From NCBI GenBank assembly GCA_015711725.1, contig JACVIX010000001.1, positions 1 through 63,470 of the forward strand: 63,470 nucleotides of DNA, given 5' to 3'. The DNA is from Candidatus Geothermincola primus. GTDB taxonomy: Bacteria; Actinomycetota; Geothermincolia; Geothermincolales; Geothermincolaceae. Below, in pieces: positions 59,603 to 63,470 of this stretch; the first letter of the stretch is position 1; the number at the start of each line of letters is the position of its first letter. The notes under the pieces were generated by a model. It ran no database searches. It was not told where the DNA came from and saw only the letters and a program-made list of their open reading frames with translations. A program made the position numbers and the translations under genes.

Positions 59603-60577
59603 TCAGTCCACTTTGAATACTCCGGGAAGATCGTATAGCGCCGAACGCTCTTTCGCTTCCAGCTCATACACTTCGTTAATAATATATTGCAATACCTCAG
59701 AGACGGTTACGTCTAAATACACGCTGTCGATGGTCACGATACCTCTTTTATTAGCCTCTTCTACAATAAATTCCTGTATCTTACGTATGTTTTCGAAGTG
59801 TCTAATATAACGAAGGAAGGGCCGAGTGCCTTGGGTTTCAGATTCCCGTATGTAAAAGTGACCGCGGTGCAGAGACTCATCCATCACGGTTATCACTAGT
59901 TGAACGATAAAAGCGTTGGGAAATTCGTTCAGATTGATGAACCCGGGAACGATATGAGCGCCCTCTATTATCACATGAGTGCCCTCAGTTATAGCCCGTT
60001 TGATCAGAGCCTTGACTCCCACCAGCACGGAGATGGTCTGTTCGCGAAAGCCGGCGATAGTGGGGTCAATGGAATCCGGAAGGGGCTGGCGCAGGGCTTT
60101 TGCGGCCTCAAATGACGATGTGTGGATGGAGGGCATTAGCACGTCGGAGAAGAACGCCCTCATTACTTCCCTCACCGCATCGGTGGAGACTATACGCACA
60201 ATTCCAAGTCTATTGGCCAACATAGTGGCGATGGTTGATTTACCTACCCCGGTCGTTCCGCCGATGAGTATGATAAGAGGCTTATCCAGACGGGAAAAGG
60301 AATGATATTTCTGATAATTGGAGGCGTAGCGTTCCCCCATTTTTCCAAGGATATTTTCGTAGATGAGCTCACGCAATTGCGAGTCCTGAATATGTTCGAT
60401 TCCCTGATCCAGGAGGAATTTCTCTATATCTTCAGCGATGCGATAAGCCCGGGTAGGTGGCACCCCGGATGACATTATAGCGCTGGCAGTGAGCCCTTTG
60501 GAATACGGCACTTTGTGTTTCTGTTCGTCTATTACTATGATTCTTTTTGGTTTTTTATTTTTCTGGTTTCCCATCAC
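59603..60577 (-). CDS. pgk2: 2-phosphoglycerate kinase (ATP-cone plus P-loop)
   Basis: PYSKG ATP-cone, [27 protein letters not shown]. Confidence 0.85.
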   Translation of the reverse strand: MMGNQKNKKPKRIIVIDEQKHKVPYSKGLTASAIMSSGVPPTRAYRIAEDIEKFLLDQGIEHIQDSQLRELIYENILGKMGERYASNYQKYHSFSRLDKPLIILIGGTTGVGKSTIATMLANRLGIVRIVSTDAVREVMRAFFSDVLMPSIHTSSFEAAKALRQPLPDSIDPTIAGFREQTISVLVGVKALIKRAITEGTHVIIEGAHIVPGFINLNEFPNAFIVQLVITVMDESLHRGHFYIRESETQGTRPFLRYIRHFENIRKIQEFIVEEANKRGIVTIDSVYLDVTVSEVLQYIINEVYELEAKERSALYDLPGVFKVD

Positions 60578-60606
60578 TTTGTCCTTTAGGGAAAAATCGA
60601 TTACCC

Positions 60607-61935
60607 TTATTTGACGCGTTCCAATAAGCGCTCTATGAAGTCCTCCATGCTATCATCGTCTACGCATATAGGCCTGTTATGCATGAATACCACCTCTTTG
60701 CCCTCTTTGACTGCGAATCTTACCGCGACTTCCACCGCAGCCGCCTTGAGCTCGGTAAGAAGCACATCGAAATCAGGCGCTTTCCTCAGATCCTCCTCCA
60801 GCGGCTTTCTTCTGGACAGGTGGTTGCTCCATCCCCGCACGACGCAACCTGTCTTTCTTTGCAGGTAGTCCGCCAAAATATCACCCATCTGCGCCGGAGC
60901 CGTAAATGTGAGGAATACCTTCCTGTTCTCTATGGATTTCAGGGGAAGCGGCCTGAAGATAGTCTTAACCAGCAACAAATCGCTGTTGATTGACCGGATT
61001 CCTTCCACCAATTGCGCTATTTTCTGTTTGTCGGCGCAGGGTTCCTCACACATTGTAATGATTACTCCGTCAGAAATCAAGAGTCTATATGTTCCAAGAT
61101 ATCCCAAGGAGTCGTCCAGTGGTTGAGCGGCGCTTACCACGCAGATATTGATATCAGCTTTTACTGGAGGCAGAGCCGCGCCGCTCCCTTCCAGAATGAT
61201 TAATTTTTCCTCCAACCCATTGGCCATTACGGCTCCCTCCAGGAAATTAGTGACAAAGGGTTCTCCCGCCATCCCCCCTCCACAACGGCGACATCCTATG
61301 GTGGTGATTCCCGCCACCAAGGCATCTTCGAAGTGGTCAGAAGCGGCATGGCTCCCTTTATTCAGTTCTTCCAGAAGGTAATGGCTGTCGATCCCTCCTG
61401 CAGGCTCCCTAATCAGCTGAGGTTCCTGTGGGCCACCTCTTCCCATGGCTACCACCACAGGAGGAGTGCCTTTGTTCTTGAGATATTGGGCGAGGTGGGC
61501 GGAGACGGCGGTCTTGCCACAGCGTTTCCCGGTGCCAAAGACTGCGATGGAAGGCTTGTCCAGAACTGTTTCCATCAAGGGCGGATGAAATTCAAAGTCG
61601 GCGCCTCGGTAACGAACACCCGCTTTGAGAGCTCGGGAGATGAGCTGGAAACGCAGACTGTTGGATAACACGGGTTCATCGCTTAAATCAACTACCATCT
61701 CGGGTTGAAAGCTGCGCAGCGCTGAAGAGAAATCGCGCAATAGATTAGAGGGGACGATCAACGGCTTGGAAAGGGAGTAGGCATCGTCGGGTTCGGATAT
61801 TTTCTCGGTTCCCCCCAGGAAGAAAAGGGCTATAGGATCCCATCCCCGGGTCACTGATAGCTTTTCCACGGCTTCAAGAACCACGGTTGGATGGTGCTCT
61901 CCATCGATGAGAAATATAGTCTTTATGGGTGTCAC
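60607..61935 (-). CDS. cpgS: Cyclic 2,3-diphosphoglycerate synthetase
   Basis: IDGEH, GGTEK, DLSDEP, GTGKRxGKT, MGRGGP, HAASDHFED, GCRRCGGG, EGSG, ELKAAA. Confidence 0.85.
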   Translation of the reverse strand: MTPIKTIFLIDGEHHPTVVLEAVEKLSVTRGWDPIALFFLGGTEKISEPDDAYSLSKPLIVPSNLLRDFSSALRSFQPEMVVDLSDEPVLSNSLRFQLISRALKAGVRYRGADFEFHPPLMETVLDKPSIAVFGTGKRCGKTAVSAHLAQYLKNKGTPPVVVAMGRGGPQEPQLIREPAGGIDSHYLLEELNKGSHAASDHFEDALVAGITTIGCRRCGGGMAGEPFVTNFLEGAVMANGLEEKLIILEGSGAALPPVKADINICVVSAAQPLDDSLGYLGTYRLLISDGVIITMCEEPCADKQKIAQLVEGIRSINSDLLLVKTIFRPLPLKSIENRKVFLTFTAPAQMGDILADYLQRKTGCVVRGWSNHLSRRKPLEEDLRKAPDFDVLLTELKAAAVEVAVRFAVKEGKEVVFMHNRPICVDDDSMEDFIERLLERVK

Positions 61936-62115
61936 CTCCCCTTGTTTCCTATATTGATGCGTGCTTTTTGATTTCTCATGTGAACCAGACTGTATATTTC
62001 TGGTTCGAATAAAGTGAGGAATAGGTCGTCTTCAACTATATGAATATAAACCATGTGTCATCCGGAGCGAGCGGCAAAGGCAAGGTTCCTATTATGTCTA
62101 CCGAACCAGTTTAGC

Positions 62116-62940
62116 TTATTTAAGCTCTAACCCGATAATTTCCTTTACCACTCCGGAGAGTTCTCGCTGAACCTCGTTCGTCCCGGCAGTGAATTGAGCG
62201 ATGATGTCTCTTCCGCCAAAAGGGTATTTACGGTAAACCGTGGTCATTTCCTCGGTTATTTCAATTACATTATAACATGGTCTGGTATGCCCACGTAAGC
62301 GGAGGGAGGAAGCGGTTCCGGCATTCACCACATACATCCCCTCCAATTCCCATACGTAGGGAACGTGTTTGTGACCGGTGAGAACTAGGTGCACGCCGGC
62401 GTAGATCAGCAGCTCTGAGAGATCCCCGGCATCGTAGATGATATTACGCTCCCGTCCCGTTCCCGGTACTGGAAGCAGGTGGTGGTGGAGAGCGAAGATC
62501 TTAAAGTCACCCTCTCTTTCAAAAGCTTTGAGTATCCAGCCGTATCTCTCCCTGCCTATCCTGCCATCATTGAGGTCGGGTTCGCTGGAGTCCGCTCCCA
62601 CGATGGTCAGTCCGCAGTAATTCAATACCGAGAAACGTTCCCCAAAGAGTTCTCCGAAGTGAAGGTACCCCACGTTGCGGGAGTCGTGGTTCCCGGGTAC
62701 GATAATCACCCGCTCGCATTTGATGTTGCTGAGATAAGCCTTGGCGGTGTTGTACTCCTGACGGAAGCCTTCGTTGGTCAGGTCACCTGTGACCACCACG
62801 ATATCGGGATCTAATTCGTTCACTTCGTTTATGGTCCTGTTCATCAGGTTGGTGACGAAATGAACCGAGCCTACGTGAAAGTCGGAGATATGGGCGATAC
62901 ATATGGGGGACTTTTCCAGCGTGACCTTTCCGCTTTTCAA
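62116..62940 (-). CDS. Metallophosphoesterase (CpdA/Icc-like)
   Basis: SDFH, TGDL, PGNHD, HHH, GHKH. Confidence 0.88.
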   Translation of the reverse strand: MKSGKVTLEKSPICIAHISDFHVGSVHFVTNLMNRTINEVNELDPDIVVVTGDLTNEGFRQEYNTAKAYLSNIKCERVIIVPGNHDSRNVGYLHFGELFGERFSVLNYCGLTIVGADSSEPDLNDGRIGRERYGWILKAFEREGDFKIFALHHHLLPVPGTGRERNIIYDAGDLSELLIYAGVHLVLTGHKHVPYVWELEGMYVVNAGTASSLRLRGHTRPCYNVIEITEEMTTVYRKYPFGGRDIIAQFTAGTNEVQRELSGVVKEIIGLELK

Positions 62941-63357
62941 AACGATTTCCTTTTCATCGATTTCTACGACCCAAGATATTTACTTCTTATAACTATTATA
63001 ATACATCCCTTTTCTCAATATCACTTCTTTAGGCAATCGTTTCCTTTACTGCCTGCGCTCCTTTTCCATCATGCCGTGGAGTCGGGGTCTACCCTACATT
63101 CTTGTTTCGAGAAGTGTCCACGCCTTCACGAAACCCGCGGCTTAATCTATTGGCGAACAGTATTCCTTAACTCTTTCTCTGAAAACAACGTTTAAACGGG
63201 TACATCTTCTGTCGATTTATTTAGAGAATGTAATAGCTCATTTAGCGAGTTATGGGTATTATGCTGTTACTTGCTCTGGCCCGACGATATGGGATCGCGG
63301 CGAAGTTATACTTATTAGAGTAGAGTGACAAGAGAACAGAAATGGGCGAGCTCATAA

Positions 63358-63470
63358 ATGACGAAGATGAAGCTTAAAGGGATATTTGCCTCGCCGGGAT
63401 GGGGAAACTTCATCCGAAAGTACCTCATCTACCTAATCATGCTGGCCTTCTTCCTTCTCTACGCGCTGGC
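63358..63470 (+). CDS. 5' end of a probable membrane protein, truncated by the window edge
   Basis: Open frame MTKMKLKGIFASPGWGNFIRKYLIYLIMLAFFLLYAL with a hydrophobic stretch. Confidence 0.45.
   Translation, partial: MTKMKLKGIFASPGWGNFIRKYLIYLIMLAFFLLYAL

Noticed and set aside
1..63470. CRISPR arrays, tRNA/rRNA, IS elements, prophage or defence genes
   Set aside because: No spaced repeat arrays, cloverleafs, transposases, integrases or recognisable defence domains seen by eye; the DUF5719-type repeats are protein-level repeats

Overview
Chromosomal window from a bacterium with moderate GC (roughly 45-50% by eye) and an apparently anaerobic gene set. It is most likely a deep-branching Actinomycetota lineage such as Ca. 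Geothermincolia. This is an inference from the three proteins with WYFAEG/VAER (DUF5719-type) repeats and the gene order rho-rpmE-DUF1385-prfA-prmC. I see about 45 CDSs and no rRNA, tRNA, CRISPR array, transposase or integrase. The content covers cell-envelope enzymes, a GT4 / HAD-GH65 / Usp locus, redox and stress genes, two orphan sensor kinases, a thiolase with an HMG-CoA-synthase-like/DUF35 partner, pabABC, birA, a cyclic 2,3-diphosphoglycerate (cDPG) pathway of the archaeal type and the fsa-rho-rpmE-prfA-prmC block. The most interesting signals are not explained by the ORF track. (1) An unannotated mini-gene (15758-15850) ends in Cys-x3-Cys-UGA and is followed by a SECIS-like hairpin and its own terminator; it is a candidate tiny selenopeptide. 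(2) Next to it is a structured ncRNA candidate bounded by a promoter and a terminator. (3) A CsoR-family repressor lacks the canonical Cu-binding His, and matching operators precede two redox genes, one of them just upstream of the mini-gene. (4) Three envelope proteins each carry exactly four DUF5719-type repeats, in three different circular permutations. (5) A rubredoxin appears to start at AUU. (6) A histidine kinase lacks its G-boxes. (7) XerD-arm-like motifs recur downstream of genes. All family calls come from motif recognition by eye; no database search was run.
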